From Callorhinchus milii (lineage: Eukaryota), in assembly GCF_018977255.1 (NCBI RefSeq), contig NW_024704746.1, positions 29,698,001 through 29,762,000 of the forward strand: a stretch of DNA of 64,000 nt. The letters run 5' to 3'. How positions within the stretch are numbered: the stretch's first letter is position 1; each line of letters opens with the position of its first letter. A program made the translations under genes and the position numbers. Below, one piece after another: positions 12,601 to 26,494 of the stretch. Under the pieces are notes generated by a model. The model did no database searches. It was given only the letters and a program-made list of their open reading frames with translations, and was not told where the DNA came from.

Positions 12601-14964
12601 TCACTCCAAGGTATCCAATATCTCTATAGGATATTTTGTTCCTTTCAAGTCTAATAGCATTTCTGTTAATAGACTGGAGTTACACACAGACACGCACCAG
12701 CAACCTGACATGAAACCCGATAGGCTCACTTATCACTGCCACATCTGTTATCCCAGCTGATCTGCCTGTACATAGGGTCAGCTGCATTAAGGGTGCACTA
12801 AATAATAAAAACTATTAAACACCATTTAAATATAGAAAAGGGCGACCCTTTAAACCGATAATTTAAATGTTAATATTTTCTATTTCTATTGAACGTTCAT
12901 TTTTACTTCTTTTTTCTGAAGACAATAAATCAATCATCTCAGTGTAGTTTCACAAGTGGCTTCAATTCTCCAGAAGTCTGTCTAATGACAACTGTTGTCT
13001 TAAACTTATGTTGCCCAATCTGAAGTTTGCTGACTACCTGACTGCAGTGTGGCACCATTGTTGAGCAAAAGTTTTGCTCACGCAATTGACTGCACACACG
13101 CACTTCAAAGAACTCTGGTCATCTTTTCCCCTCTTTAGTATGGGAGCTACAAAGAAAACTACTCTACTGACATCCTCATTCGAGTTGAGATCAGCTAACC
13201 ATTCAGTTAACCCTAAATCTTTCTAGGCTGTATAGGTCAGAGTCACTACCACATGCTGCATTATCCATTGTGGCATCAATCTCTACTTAAGTTCACTTCA
13301 AACAGTGTGTAGTATGTTATACACCACTAGGTTGGTTGCATATCTTATATAGGAATGTGTAATGCACTCTCTCAACCCAATAGGATAGAATTCTCAATAA
13401 TTTGACTGTAATTATAGACCAAAACAGAAAACGCTGGTTTCCACACTTAGGTTTGTAGACAAGACTAAACGAAGCGTTGTGCAAATTTGAAAGTTTCATA
13501 TTGGATGTGAAAAATTTTGTTTTAAAAATAATCGGGACAAAATTTCCCGGAACTTAGTTACATGAAATCAACATTATGGAATCAGATCCACATATCTTAA
13601 GCACAGTGCAACTTCTCACGTTTCTCACAATTCAATGTGGGCGGCAAATGGGCATTAGTCAATGGGTAAGGATGTCATTTTCCGTGATACAAGACTTCTG
13701 GTAAGCGTGGGAGTAATGGAGGGTAGGGGAGCAGCGTTATGAATTAGGAGGCGATTAATACAAGTTGTGTAAAGAAATCCAAGTGGTTTTGATAGGAAAC
13801 GGAATGGGACTCGGGTGAATCTACGACTTAACTGTTTATACGATTTATAAAGATAAAACTTTTACTGTATTTCAATTAAAAGTGAGGCTGGTCTTGTAAC
13901 CTTTCTAATATTAGAACAGTAAAGTGCAGATGATAACATTACACTTTGTGCACAACATCTGTGGTCTGAAAACTGATCACACACATGACAAAAAAAAAAG
14001 TTTGGTGAGCCTTTTTGAAGAGAGGTATTCTCTATCAGCCTTACATTTAGGCTCCTACAAATTAAGCCATATGCTCCAGCTCTACCCTCATTTGAGTGCT
14101 TTGGGCCACAGGAAACAAGATAAGATCTTTGGCATTAAGCAGACCAGTTGGCCCCATACAGGTAGAGCAACACTCTGGCTTTCTGATACTCTTCCTGCAT
14201 TTAACAGCTTACAATCCTTACAGTTCTATTTAGATCCTTAATATATATCAAAAAGTGAAGCAACTTTTTTTTATCATTTTACCTTATTTCACAGAAAAGA
14301 TTCAATAATTCCACTGCTTCCCGAAATATTGTTTAGGTCATGAACACCGCTCACCGTGCTTACACAGTACGAATAAAATCTTGGCAGCAATTAATTTTTT
14401 TAAAAACAGGCTGAATCCCCTCCATATTTTAGGATACTAATGAGGGTAGATGTCCCGTATATAAAGCATCCGTGATGCTCATTGTTGTTAATCAAAGAAA
14501 CAACTGTATTGCAAATATTTTCAAAGAAGCTAGAAAGAGAAAAATAATAAGAATTCTTGCATTTGATTATAGCGCCTCATAACGTCATTGAGATGTCTCA
14601 AAGCGCTTCACACGATATACTGTAAAGTGCATTTAGTGGGTAAACGTGGCAGCCATTGTCAGACCAGCATTTCCCTGGACCAATTCACAGTACTATATCA
14701 GAATAAGTACCATGTTCTTGAAAATTATTTTCAGGTGAAAAGTTTAAAGATATAGCAAATAGTCAATAAGGTGGTGGGTATCTTTTGAGCAAATATAGCA
14801 ATAACAATAAATATGCATATGGTAATTGATGCCAATGGTGTGACTTGTGACATTTTGCCGACAAAATATACAGTGAATTCCCTTTACAGTTTATTCTGTG
14901 AAGCGCCTTGAGATGTCTTGAAGTGGTGATAAGGCCTTATATTAAATGCAAGGATTATTATCAT

Positions 14965-15260
14965 TATCACCACCTTTGGCAGACTCCACTGGTTAGGTTT
15001 TGCAGCGCTGTGACTTCAAGCTCTTCACCCTTACCTACAAACCCCTTCATGTCATCACACCTCCCTACTACTATAATGTTCTCCAGCTTCAATCTTCTGC
15101 TTGTCCCATCCATACAGTAAATTTGCTGCAGCACAACCCCCACCTCCTCATTGGCAGTCAAGGCTTACAGCCACAATGCACCCATGCTCTGGGGAACTCC
15201 ATCCCTCAAGCCCTCTCTATCAGTCTTCAAATACCACCTTAAAAAAAACCTCATTGGCTG
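14965..15260 (+). mobile_element. Old L2 LINE fragment
   Basis: RLHWL..QRCDFKLFTLTYKPLH...GNSIPQAL remnants. Confidence 0.65.
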
Positions 15261-15966
15261 CGCCTATGGTCAAATTTTGCCCACATTCATCGCTTAAACA
15301 TTTCAGCAGGTCATTCACAAAATACACAAGGCTAGGTCCAGAATAAATAATATCCATCATCCTAATTCATTCAATATTAGAAAAGATTAGAATATAGAAG
15401 TGCAGCAGAGAATAAATTGGGGCTTTTAAAAAATAAATTGAAACTTGATATTGGCAAAACGGCAGGTTACAGTATCAATAGTGTCAAACGTTTGTCCTTT
15501 CATCCTCTTGCATACAGGACCTCTGTGGCATGTCGCACGCAAGATCACATTTTCATTTCTAGCATCCTGCTTTGTATCCTGCTCATTTTAATGGGAAATA
15601 CAAGCTCCTTACTTTCAAGACATCTGCTTCAGCTATCACTAATTTTGCTTGAGCCTCGTTTACACGACAACTATAAATTTCTATTTGCGCCAAATGAACA
15701 GCTGTTCTAAATTAAATACACTATCAAGCCACTGACATCAGATGATAACTGAGCTGTGGATCTCTTGAGAAATACTTTGCTTCTGCAGCTGGTACACCAA
15801 CTATACATTTCATTCCTACTTCTGCATCAGCCCAGAAAATGGCCCAAAAAAGAACATCCCAGCACCATTGAACTCGAAAGCTTAAAAGGGAAACAAATGG
15901 CAAGATTTCATGCTCAATTAGTGATGAAACTTTTTAAAACGATATAGCGATAAGAACTAAATGCAA

Positions 15967-16490
15967 AGAGCCCGGCTCAATTGATACCACTCTTGCCTCG
16001 GAGGGAGAAGGTTGTGGGTTCAAGCCCATGTCAGGACTTAGAATCACATAGTCTAAGCTGACGCACAATTGCTGTGCTGGTGGGGGGGGGTGGGGTTATA
16101 TTGTCGGAAGTGCTGTCCTTCGGATGAGACATTAAACCAAGGTCTCGTCTGCCCGTTCAGGTGGATGTTAACTATTCAAAAAGGGCAGGGCTATGGGGTG
16201 AGAGTGGGGGAGTCAGCTGATAGCTCTTTCAGAGAGCCAGCGCAGGCATGATGGGCCGAATGGCCTGCCCCCTTCAGTGCTTTAAGATTCTATGAATCTA
16301 TTCTGGCCAGCAATCCCCCAAATAAAATTGGTCACTACATTGCTGTTTGAGGGACACTGCTGTGCATAAATGAATACTGCATTTCACCCACAAAATATAG
16401 AGTCAATCCACTTTACAGTGTATCTTGTGAAGCAATTTGAGACGTCTCAACGACATGATCAGACTATGTTAAATGCATGATTATTATTAC
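15967..16490 (+). mobile_element. DeuSINE (SacSINE1-like) with a nested CR1-type 3' tail at ~16180-16305
   Basis: ggttgtgggttcaagccc head; Deu domain tgtcggaagtgctgtccttcggatgagacattaaaccaaggtctcgtctgcc; insert ends gatgggccgaatggcct...gattctatgaatctattct. Confidence 0.8.
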
Positions 16491-17957
16491 AAAATACTCA
16501 TACAAAACTATGTATCTGAACCAGCTGAAGGAAAAACAGACTCCTCAAGTTTCAAATGTTAATTAATTTATTGATTATCACACCTAAGAAAGCTTGCTTT
16601 AGCTCCCACATTCGTATATTCAAAAAAAAGTCAAACTAGATTGTAAAGCATTGGCTCCAGCAGCAATACCAAGTATTGTAAAGCCAAACTTCTGCCTAAC
16701 TCCACCAAGGGACCACAATTTAAAAATCTAATCACTTCTGTGTAAATATGTCTTTGTGGAATGTTTTGTTTTATTTGAATTGCTGAATGATTGATCAAAC
16801 AGGCGATGGTACAAAGATTTGCCAATTAGCTATTTTTATCTGCAGTTTAAATAGAGTTCCTGACCCGAGAATAATCCCGAATCCAAGAGCATTTCTCTCT
16901 TGGCAACTTATTTATGTATTTATCAAGATTAAACTGTGTTGTGAAAAATTCTGTGACTTCCTGCTGCCTGTTTAAAATCAGTAACAAAGAGGTTAAAATA
17001 TAGAGGCACGTTTGATCAATATACTCTCGTCATGTGCAGCATTTTTTTTTCCTCCCAATAATAACAGCACAAAATAATTTAAGCTGACATCCATCAAACT
17101 GATTTGAATTAGGCTGATGTAAACGTTTGGTTCTAGTTATTCAAGAGTAAACCAGCTGAGGTTCAAAAGTCATTCAGTGCAAGTGAAACCGGATTCAATC
17201 CAATCAAACACTTGTAACTAGGAACACATGTGGACAGGAATCGGATTTTTTGGCCTGCCAAACAGGTTCCAGCAATTATGTCTATGGAAGCTTTCGTTAA
17301 TACTCAATCTGTCTCCTCATAATTTGTTGGGAACACAACCCCTTCATATAGTAACCCACGCTTTGTTCTCCAAGTTGGAGCGATGAAATAGATTTGATAA
17401 AAGAACGCACCATCAGATGAAATGCAACCACGTTTCTGTGAAATAGCTAAAAAAAAGTGTGATGAATCATCAAATGCACACACGTGGCTTTATTGTCCAT
17501 TGTGATCTAAAGGCACACCTAAACAAAAAGGATTTTACATTAATAAGTGTACAATTGTTATGCGATAAAATTTATTTTACATTAACTGCAGTTACCCCGA
17601 TTCAAACTTCAGCTGGTGTTCGTTATGCAATGCAGCAGATTGGGACACGCGTTGAGTGTTGCTCCATGACTTGAGACACAACTATTGCCATGCCCTCAAG
17701 AGATATATGTCTCAATATCTCCCCGAGCAATATTGGGACATCAATTGAGACATCTGTTGGAAATGGATTCGCCGGTGTACCAAATCACTTAGTATTGTAT
17801 ATTTTTGGACATAGAATCACAGCTCACTTATTCCTTTCCACAATTAATTACCCAAAGCTTCCAGTTTAGGAACAGGAACTAGCAGTTTTATGGGCTTATT
17901 AATTTCCTGACTAGAGTTTGTTCATTTAGTGTTTTGCTCAGACAACTATGTTTCTAC

Positions 17958-18062
17958 TCGAGTTCTGACAAAACTTCATCGACCTGAAACGTTAACTTAC
18001 TTTCCTCTCTCCATAGATGTTGTCTGACTTGCTGAGTGTTTCCAGCGACTTTGGTTTTTACG
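17958..18062 (+). mobile_element. Single arm of the same Penelope-like repeat
   Basis: gacctgaaacgttaacttactttcctctctccatagatgttgtctgacttgctg matches 22420-22497. Confidence 0.7.
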
Positions 18063-21000
18063 TTATGTTTCCACTGAGCTTTGAAAAGGACTGATAACCA
18101 TTGAAATATAACAGTACCACTACTCCACCCTCCACACACCTATATTGATCACACAGTGTCCTCAAGAAAGCTCTGCGTCCTCCACAGGTCTGCAGAGGAG
18201 GTTCTGTTTTCCTGGAAGATGCCATTACAAGGGAAAAACTATTTCCTGTACCTCCAGTTGTGCGGCACAGTCTAACTGTTGTTTGACTGACTCAGTGCTT
18301 GACCCAATTCTACCTCTTGGTCTTATTTAACCTTTTTTGAGCTGGTACTTGCATCGACCAATGCAATAGATGCTAGTGTTTTTTATTTGGGACATATTCT
18401 GTATTTATTTTAGCGATAACTGCCAGTGTTGTACTTGGCACATTTATTTACTGGCAGTGCTGCTTTTGTAAAATATATTGACCAAGTTAAAAAGTGAATG
18501 AGGCAATTAACTGTTTTCATCAACAAAAACAGAGATTAACATTTATTTTATTCAACACCACAGCAATTTATTCTCCAAACCTAAAACCCAAATAAGGTAC
18601 AATTAAATAAATTATATAAATACATACAAATAATATTTTGGTCACTCAATCCACGACATGACTGTTTGTGAAACACTGCTGTGCGCAATTGGCTGCCGCA
18701 TTTCAACTACAAAATATAGTCAATTCACTTTACAGTATATTCTGCGAAGTGCTTTGAAACGTCTTGAAGATGTGATAAGGCACTATATCAAATGCAAGGA
18801 TTATTATGATTATTATTACAATGTTTTACTGTAATATTTCCTTTAAGTGTGTATTCTCCCTGCAGCAGTTCTCAGTATTTAGAGGAGGTGTCTTTATTGA
18901 AAGAATACTGAACTAGAGAGATAAGGGAATAGAGATAACTGCTGCATGCCTCCTTCCTATCAAGCTATAATTGAGAAAGCATTTCTAATAAAAGACCCCA
19001 GCAACAATCACACTATATTATTTAAACAAATAAGAATTTAATGGTAAGTATCTCGAGAGAGAGAGAGAGAGAGAGAGAGAGCTGTTGAAATGTAAACAAT
19101 AATCAGAGGAAAATGCAGCTCTATTTCCCGTATACCTGAACTAAATAATGCATTGCCCTTTTGAGATTAGGTTCAGTTACAGGGAGAACATTTATACATT
19201 GTCTCCCTCTTCTGACCATCTGTGGGATTTAGTCCCGTCACTGAAATGTGACTTTGCACTCATTGTAATTTCATTGCAGCTATTTTTTAAACTTAAAAGT
19301 ATTGAGTTTGAAAACTCCACTGCATTAGCCTTCAGGTTTTTAATATTCATGTTCTACAGGATTCCAGGTGATGCTCTAAATTAATTTGCCACTGAATTAA
19401 GCAAAAGAGTGATGGTGAAAGCCATATAACCAGTCTATCCACTTATATCACTTTATTACTGATATCATGACAAACTGAAGCCTGTAATTCTGAAATTAAT
19501 GGGTTATTTTCTATATCCCACTGTTCCCAAATCAGTTGTTACATATGGCAGTGAGCCTTGGGACAATAAAAATGCACACTGCATTACCACGAGCACAAAA
19601 CACTAAATAGAATTTTGTCCATCGTTTTAAAAAAGAACACGGACTGAATTAAAAAAGGTAAGTAATGAAACATGCCTTGTAAAAAGAATACATTTCCAGG
19701 GTCAACACAGAAAAATATTCTGGCATTTCTCTTATCTTTTCTCCGACTTTACCCCTTTCCAGCATTTGTACTACCCTGGCAGGGTCATGATTTAAAGTAA
19801 GGCTTGTAAGGCAGTCTATAACTTGCAGGTTCTCAATCACCTTCTTGCCTCCCAAACACAGAGATAACAACTGTGAAAATAGTTAACAGTACTGCCCTAT
19901 ACTGGCAATAAAAAGTCCTGTTGGTGCACATGTCCGAGGTTGCCCACAAGGTGGCTAGAATTGGATGTCTGACACGTGCTAAAACCATGCTTAAGAATAT
20001 CCAACTCAGACACAGTTCCACATGTGCATGCCCCCTACATATGGAAATGTTCCCGTGGAGGTACCCTTCTTACCTGATTCCCAAGAATATCAGGCACACA
20101 TTAGCAAGAGCCAAGGCTTGGGGACCTCAGATTATTCATCTGTGCCACATCTGTGGCAACACTAAGTAAACTGGTCCCTTTAACACGTATTCAAAATCTT
20201 CCCGTCAAAACTTCATATCTAGAATCAGAAATGGTTTCAGAAAAAAAGAGTAGAAATAAAAATGCCATAGAAACACAGTGTTTAGTCCACTTTACATTTG
20301 TACCAGTCTTATTCTGAGATACATGTTAAAATCTAGTTTAAAACAGTTTTAATAATAATACTTGTATTTGATATAGCAGCTCATCACTTCGTTGAGACAT
20401 GTCAAAGTGCTGCACAGAAGATATTGTTTATTGTAAACAATAAATCAACACTATTTTTTTCAAATGGCACTTTTCTTAAATTATATAACATTTCTAATTT
20501 GACAGCACTTTTAAATAAAATGTCCATTTTGAGCTTCCATTATGCTAACAACAGGATTCGTATTATAGCTCGTGATCAGCACTCGGAACAGTGACTGGTT
20601 TTCATTAAACTGAGGAAGAAATGTTGAAATGTCTGATTATTATTAGCAATTTAGGGTGATTCATTGCAGATGGTTGTTTAAGTTGTATTCATATTTAAAA
20701 GTAATGGGGATGTACATATTTTAAGGCAAAGGTCTGAATATCTTGACTTTGTGCTTGAAACATCTGCTGTGGACCATGTGGAATTAAGAGTCAGCATATA
20801 ACAAATGACTGGTTCATTGTCAAACTCCTTTCAGCAACAAAGTTTGAAAAGATATTTAGAAACAGGCGGTAACAATCTTCACTGTACAACATTTGTGAAA
20901 GCTCAAGTTCTTCTTGATGTTGGAAATGATAATACGGATTTAGAAATCAGTTTCTTTAAGCTTCTATTCAAGATGTCCCAAATCTATGATTCTGTTGTCT

Positions 21001-21434
21001 TGAGAGAACAACTTGGACTTATTTAGTGTCCTTCACACAGGAGAGCCCCTTGGAGCCCTGCAAAACTGCAGGACATATTATTATCACTTTAATTATTATC
21101 AAAATCCGTGAACACTCAAAGATTATAGCAAAGATGAATATAACTAGCTAAGCAAAGACACAGCGACTTATCTGACAAACATTCTTCCAAGGTGTAGAAG
21201 GAGTCGATAAGGGCAAACTTGTGACAAGAGCACTACCTAATATGCAAAACATTGGTGGGGAAAAGACAGCACAGCATGTCGACACTGTGCCATGCTGACC
21301 AAAACGTTGCATATTCAAATCTCCATCTATACCAGGTTAACTGGCCCCACCTGGAACACCAGTTAGGAAGTAGAATTAATCTAAGCACTCCTTTAGCTAA
21401 GGAAGAGAAACTCTCGCCATGCTAAATCCAGGAT

Positions 21435-21845
21435 ATAATAATCCTTACATGTGATATCGCACCTTAGCAAATCACTGAGATTCACTGGAATTTACTGTAA
21501 AACTGCAACAGCTGCATAATTTGTGGTCAACCACAACAGCTAATATGTGCATAATAATATCATACAAACAGCCATGAAGTGAAAGACCAATTTTATTTGG
21601 AGGACCGTTGGCCAGGATGCAAGGACAAACTGCCTTCTCTTTTTGGATAGTGCCACGGGATCTTTGACATCCACGGTAGATGAGGCCTCAGTTTAATGTC
21701 TCATCCGAAGGACAGTAGGCCTGACAATACGGCACTCCCACAACACTGCACTGGAGTATCGGCTAAGAATAAGAGCTCAAAGTCATAGAGCTTGAATCCA
21801 TGAACCTTTGGGATAGAAGCAAGAGCTACCAATTGGGCCAGGCTG
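21435..21845 (-). mobile_element. DeuSINE (SacSINE1-like)
   Basis: Reverse complement of the Deu domain (ggcctcagtttaatgtctcatccgaaggacag). Confidence 0.8.
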
Positions 21846-22049
21846 ATACCTTAGGAACAGTACGTTCAAGAGAGAAAAGATGGAAATGAACAATAGAACA
21901 TTTTTAAACGGCAGTCTATGTGTAGATGTTATACTGGCCACTGCGTACTCTTCATAAGGTGGTAGCGATTGACACATCAGAGTTGTTTTGACAAAGCCTC
22001 TCATCAGTCAAAATGCCATTGGAAAATTGGCTGCTGAATACAAGGCATC

Positions 22050-22075
22050 CTGCAATATGTCCACTAGGTGGTACC
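22050..22075 (+). promoter_or_regulatory. CTCF-like site with upstream module
   Basis: ctgcaatatgt-ccactaggtggtac resembles TGCA upstream motif + CCACYAGRKGGC core. Confidence 0.45.
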
Positions 22076-22324
22076 AATTGCTACCAATCAGCTGTGACAA
22101 GGATTATTATTATTATTATCATCTGCCTGAGAGCAACAATCTATTCTGAGCAAAAGCTTACTGAAACCCGAGTTGCACACAGCAGCTCTGGAAATACCCT
22201 TAGCGTGAATTTTCGATTGTCGTTCACACTCTGTGGACAGAATTATTCTTTCCCAGAACGGCTTACCCGCCTTCCAGCCAGATAAAAGTCCACGTAGCTG
22301 CAGAACATACGAAAGTACGATGTG

Positions 22325-22536
22325 AACACAGAAGTCGCCGGCAACACGCAACAGGTCAGGCAGCATCCATGGAGAGAGGAAAATGAGTTAACGTTTCAGG
22401 TCAATGACCTTTCTTTACAGACCTGAAACGTTAGCTAATTTTCCTCTCTCTATGGATGCTGCCTGACCTGCTGCCTGTTCCCAGCGACTTCTGTGTTTAT
22501 ACCAAGATTTCCAGCACCTGCAGTACTTTGCCGTTT
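22325..22536. mobile_element. Palindromic Penelope-like element remnant (~78-bp imperfect arms, 17-nt loop)
   Basis: 22325-22402 is the near reverse complement of 22420-22497 (seen directly); the Penelope assignment is from recall. Confidence 0.7.
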
Positions 22537-22721
22537 GCATCGTGTAAGGACGAGTTAGGTTCAAAATATGTTCCAGTAGCTTTGATCACAGTGTGCACAG
22601 ATGCAGTGTGGGGTGATTTAACTTACAGCTGGGTCAATAGAAAAGTGCGGGTGTTCTCCCCCCACTTTCCCTCCGCCGGCTGCATTTCCCACTACAAACA
22701 GCACCCTGTGGACTAACCTTT

Positions 22722-23038
22722 ATAATAATAATAATATTCCTTGCATTTGATATAGTGCTTTTTCACGTCTTCCAGACGTCTCAAAGCGCTTCACAGAATA
22801 GACTGTAAAGTGAATTGCCTGTATATTATGTGGGCGAAACACAGCAGCCAATTGCGCACAGCAGCGTCCCACAAACAGTCTTGGATTGAAATGACCAATT
22901 TATTATCTTTTTTTTTGAGGGATTATCATCAGGCGTGTGGAGTAAGGAAACTTGCCCAAGGTTTCACTCTGCCGGGAATCGAACCCGGGTCTCTCGCTTG
23001 CAAAGCGAGTGCTCTTAACCACTGAGCTACAGGACTCC
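22722..23038 (-). mobile_element. Full-length tRNA(Ala)-headed SINE, short variant
   Basis: Head GGAGTCCTGTAGCTCAGTGGTTAAGAGCACTCGCTTTGCAAGCGAGAGACCCGGGTTCGATTCCCGG with intact A/B boxes; (TTA)n tail; many related copies in the window. Confidence 0.92.
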
Positions 23039-23539
23039 ACGCGCTGTTTGCTCGAGGCCGCTACGGTGGCCGGAGCAGCTCCGATCGCCCATGTTTTCCC
23101 TGCCCGGGAAAACCGACTTCGCTGGTGGGCGAGTAAACCTCGAGAGGAAAAGCAGCTGCGCCACACTGCTGCACTGCGAAGAATTCTGGGCCAGTGCTGC
23201 ACTAGTCAAATGCAAATATTTTGTATTTTGAACAGAACTACATTTTCCGGAAATATTTTCTGTTTTTTTCTATTAAAAAAAAAGAAGTTGAACAATGCAA
23301 AAATGTCCACGAGTTTTGTGTAAATACCGTGAGGAAGCGAAGGGGCAGCAAGTCTCATTTTCAGTCTGTCCCTCAGATAGAATTGTACTCAAAAATGTAT
23401 CCAGATAACCTTTATGAAGGGAGGTAGTTGTTTTGCCGTGATATTATATATTTATATATGTATAAAATATTAAATAAAAAATGTTTCATTATTTGCTTTC
23501 ACGTTAATTTTGAAAGAAAATCTTAATTTGTATGATTAC

Positions 23540-24235
23540 GCAACCTTAGGCGTCAGGTTCGACCCCCAATTTTCCTTCCTCCCTCACATCCGGTCCCTCA
23601 CCAGCATCGCACTTCTTCCACCTCCGATGCATCGCCCGTTTCCGCCAATACCTCTCTCCGAAAGCCGCTGAAACCCTGGTCCATGCCTTTGTCACCTCTC
23701 AGCTGGACTATTCTAACGCCCTCCACTGCCATCCACAAAATCCAGATTATTCAAAACTCTGCTGCCCGCATTCTCACCCGCACCAAACTCCTCTCCCCGA
23801 TTACCCCAGTCCTTGCCAGACGGCACTGGCTGCCTGTCCCAGAGAGGATCGACTTCAAGATCCTCACCCTTGTCTTCAAATCCCTCCACTTCCCTGCAAC
23901 CCCCTACTTCCCTGACCTCCTCTCTCCTCACAACAGCGCCCGTTGCCTTCGATCCTCTGGATCCTGGATCCTCCTCATCCCCCGAGTCCTCCGTTTCACC
24001 CTCGGCAGCCGTGCCTTCAGCCACTACGCCCCGAAGCTCTGGAACTCCCTTCCTTACTCCCTTCGCTTCCTCTCTTCCTATTTTCAGGTCTTTGCTGAAG
24101 ACCTTTCTCTTCGACCGCGCCTTTGGTCACCTTCCTCCCCCTTCTCCTGGCTCGGCCCCGGGATTCATTACTGTGAAGCGCTCTGAGACGTCATCCGGAG
24201 TGGAGGACGCTATATAAATCCAAGTTGTTGTTGAT
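23540..24235 (+). mobile_element. L2-clade LINE 3' fragment
   Basis: IQNSAARILTRTK...HWLPVPERIDFKILTLVFKSLH...RAFSHYAPKLWNSLP; tail cgctatataaatccaa(gtt)n. Confidence 0.92.
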
Positions 24236-24583
24236 TACAAAAGTGAATCTCCCTCCTTTTTGATTAAATTTTAAAAGCACATAAAACAACCACAGCAAAT
24301 AAAAACAAAATAGACAGAACATTTCTAATGACAAAAGCATCATGCAGATCAATGTTTTCTTTTTTTTTCTGTCTAGGTGGATCTGGACCTCAAAGACAAC
24401 TTGCTTCTCTAGAGCCACTGCATCATCTATGGAGAGGAAAGAATTCATATTGGACTTTGTGAGGTGTTTGACTAGAACAGACACACCTCTTGAAAAAGTT
24501 CCTGCCTTCCAAAATTTCTATGCAAGTATACAAAATAGGGAGAGACTATTCCATCACCATCACAGCTTCGTAATACATACTTG

Positions 24584-24907
24584 AATAAATAATAATCCTG
24601 GCATTTGATATAGCGCTTTTCACATCTTCTAGACTTCCCAAAGCGCTTCACAGAATATACTGTAAAGTGAATTGACTGTATATTTGTGGGCGAACGCGGC
24701 AGCCAATTGCGCACAGCAATGTCCCACAAACAGTCATGGATTGAAAATGACCAATTTATTATTGTTTTTTTTGGTTTTTTGGAGGGATTATTATTAGGCT
24801 CTGTGTGGAGTAAGGAAACTTGCCCAAGGTTTGGCCCTCTGCCTGGAATTGAACTCAGGTCTCTCACTTGCAAAGCGAGTGCTCTAACCACTGTGCTACA
24901 GGACTCC
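24584..24907 (-). mobile_element. Full-length tRNA-headed SINE
   Basis: Colinear with 22722-23038. Confidence 0.92.
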
Positions 24908-26494
24908 ATGAAGGAGCTTATTCTTGAGTATGAAGGGAGTGGGCACCTGAAGATGGGGAAGGATGTTTCAAGGCGGAGGGGGGAAATAAATACTTAAATT
25001 GAATGATATGTAAATTTTAATTCTTCATGCTAGTATCAATCCTATAGCACATCTGCGAAATTTAAAACTTCCATCTGGGTAAATACGCACGTTCTTTTGA
25101 ACCACATCCTGCTCGTAGCGTTAAACTACTTGTACACAGCTGCTGCATTTGTTTTTCTACTTGTCACACAAACCATAATTGAGGTTGAAAACTAAAGGTC
25201 ATTTGTGATGTACTGTGATGTCGCAGAAACCGTACAAAAATGAGATTCACCCAGATAAAGAGAACTAGCTAATTTTCATCAAATTTTGCATTAAAGCGGC
25301 AGACTTCGCATTAGAATGCAAGCATAGTTTTATAATAAAGCATTAATACAGTGCAATACTCCGTTCAAACCAATTTATGCAAAGGAGGACCGGAAATTCC
25401 AGCCCTTGGAGGAGCCTGAAGATTTTAACACTGCCGTATTTCACATTCCTGTGTTTTTTAAAAAAAATGTAAACCAGGAATTTAAAGAGTCAATTGAAAA
25501 GTTAATGTTTTTAAAATATATATTATATATATATTGATATTGGAAGCAAAACGTTTGGGTCAGTTTTGTAATTCTAGTTTAAAAGTACAGTACTTTAACT
25601 GAAACTGCACTCCCAACTTGAAAAGTGAGTCAATCAAAACAGAGGAAAACATCTCCACAAATCCTATGCAAGTAGTATGTGATTCAACTCCTCATTAGTT
25701 TGACACACAAAACAGAAGGATACCTTTCCCATAACTGAACACGAAGGGGGTTGGAATGGATCGAAGGGTTGGAATGGAATGCAAACTCTCTCCCTGGAGG
25801 AACGTATTCTACGTACCCAATTCCAGAAAGTACCAGGAGCCAAGGCTTGGTGACCCAGAGTGTGCTTTGAGGGTACTGCTGGAGTCTGACCAGCTAAAGC
25901 TGCACATACAAAGTACTGAAATAATACTGTATTGTAGGTCTGTTGGCATTGACTGGGGCATGCTGAGTTGTTGCTGATGAAGAAAGGTAAAATGATTTCT
26001 TGGACTTTCATCTTAAATAGAGAAAATCTGAAGTGAGGCAAACTTTGTGCTCAAGGTGCTTTGAATGTTAAGTGCTTATACCAGGCTGGCTCCTGTGCGT
26101 TTAGTTAAAACAAATAAAAAGGAAAATATATTCCAATGGAATTACTTTTGGATGCTCTTTTCAAATGCATCAAGGTGGTATAAGCCAAGCAGCCTATACC
26201 CAATAGTGTCTGTGCCATCAGTCCATTTTCAGACTAAACGACAGCATTCCCCACTTGCACTCTGCAAACATTGTGAGAGAATGAAGGAACCACAAAAATC
26301 AGCGATGCTTACAGACCTAACACACTGACGACAATGACAAGAAGCAGATATTTTCCAGAATACTCTTAGCTAACCAAGCACATTATCTATTCACTGTCCG
26401 CCTTCAACATCCATTATTTGATTCATTGACGCTTGTCTTCGAGGTATGCCATTCCCTGAAAAAGTTGTGTGCCTCTCTCCATAATGGGGTCACA

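Noticed and set aside
22967-23038. tRNA-Ala(TGC) gene on the - strand
   Set aside because: Anticodon and T arms are intact, but the acceptor stem is incomplete and the sequence continues into a multi-copy SINE body; it is a SINE head.
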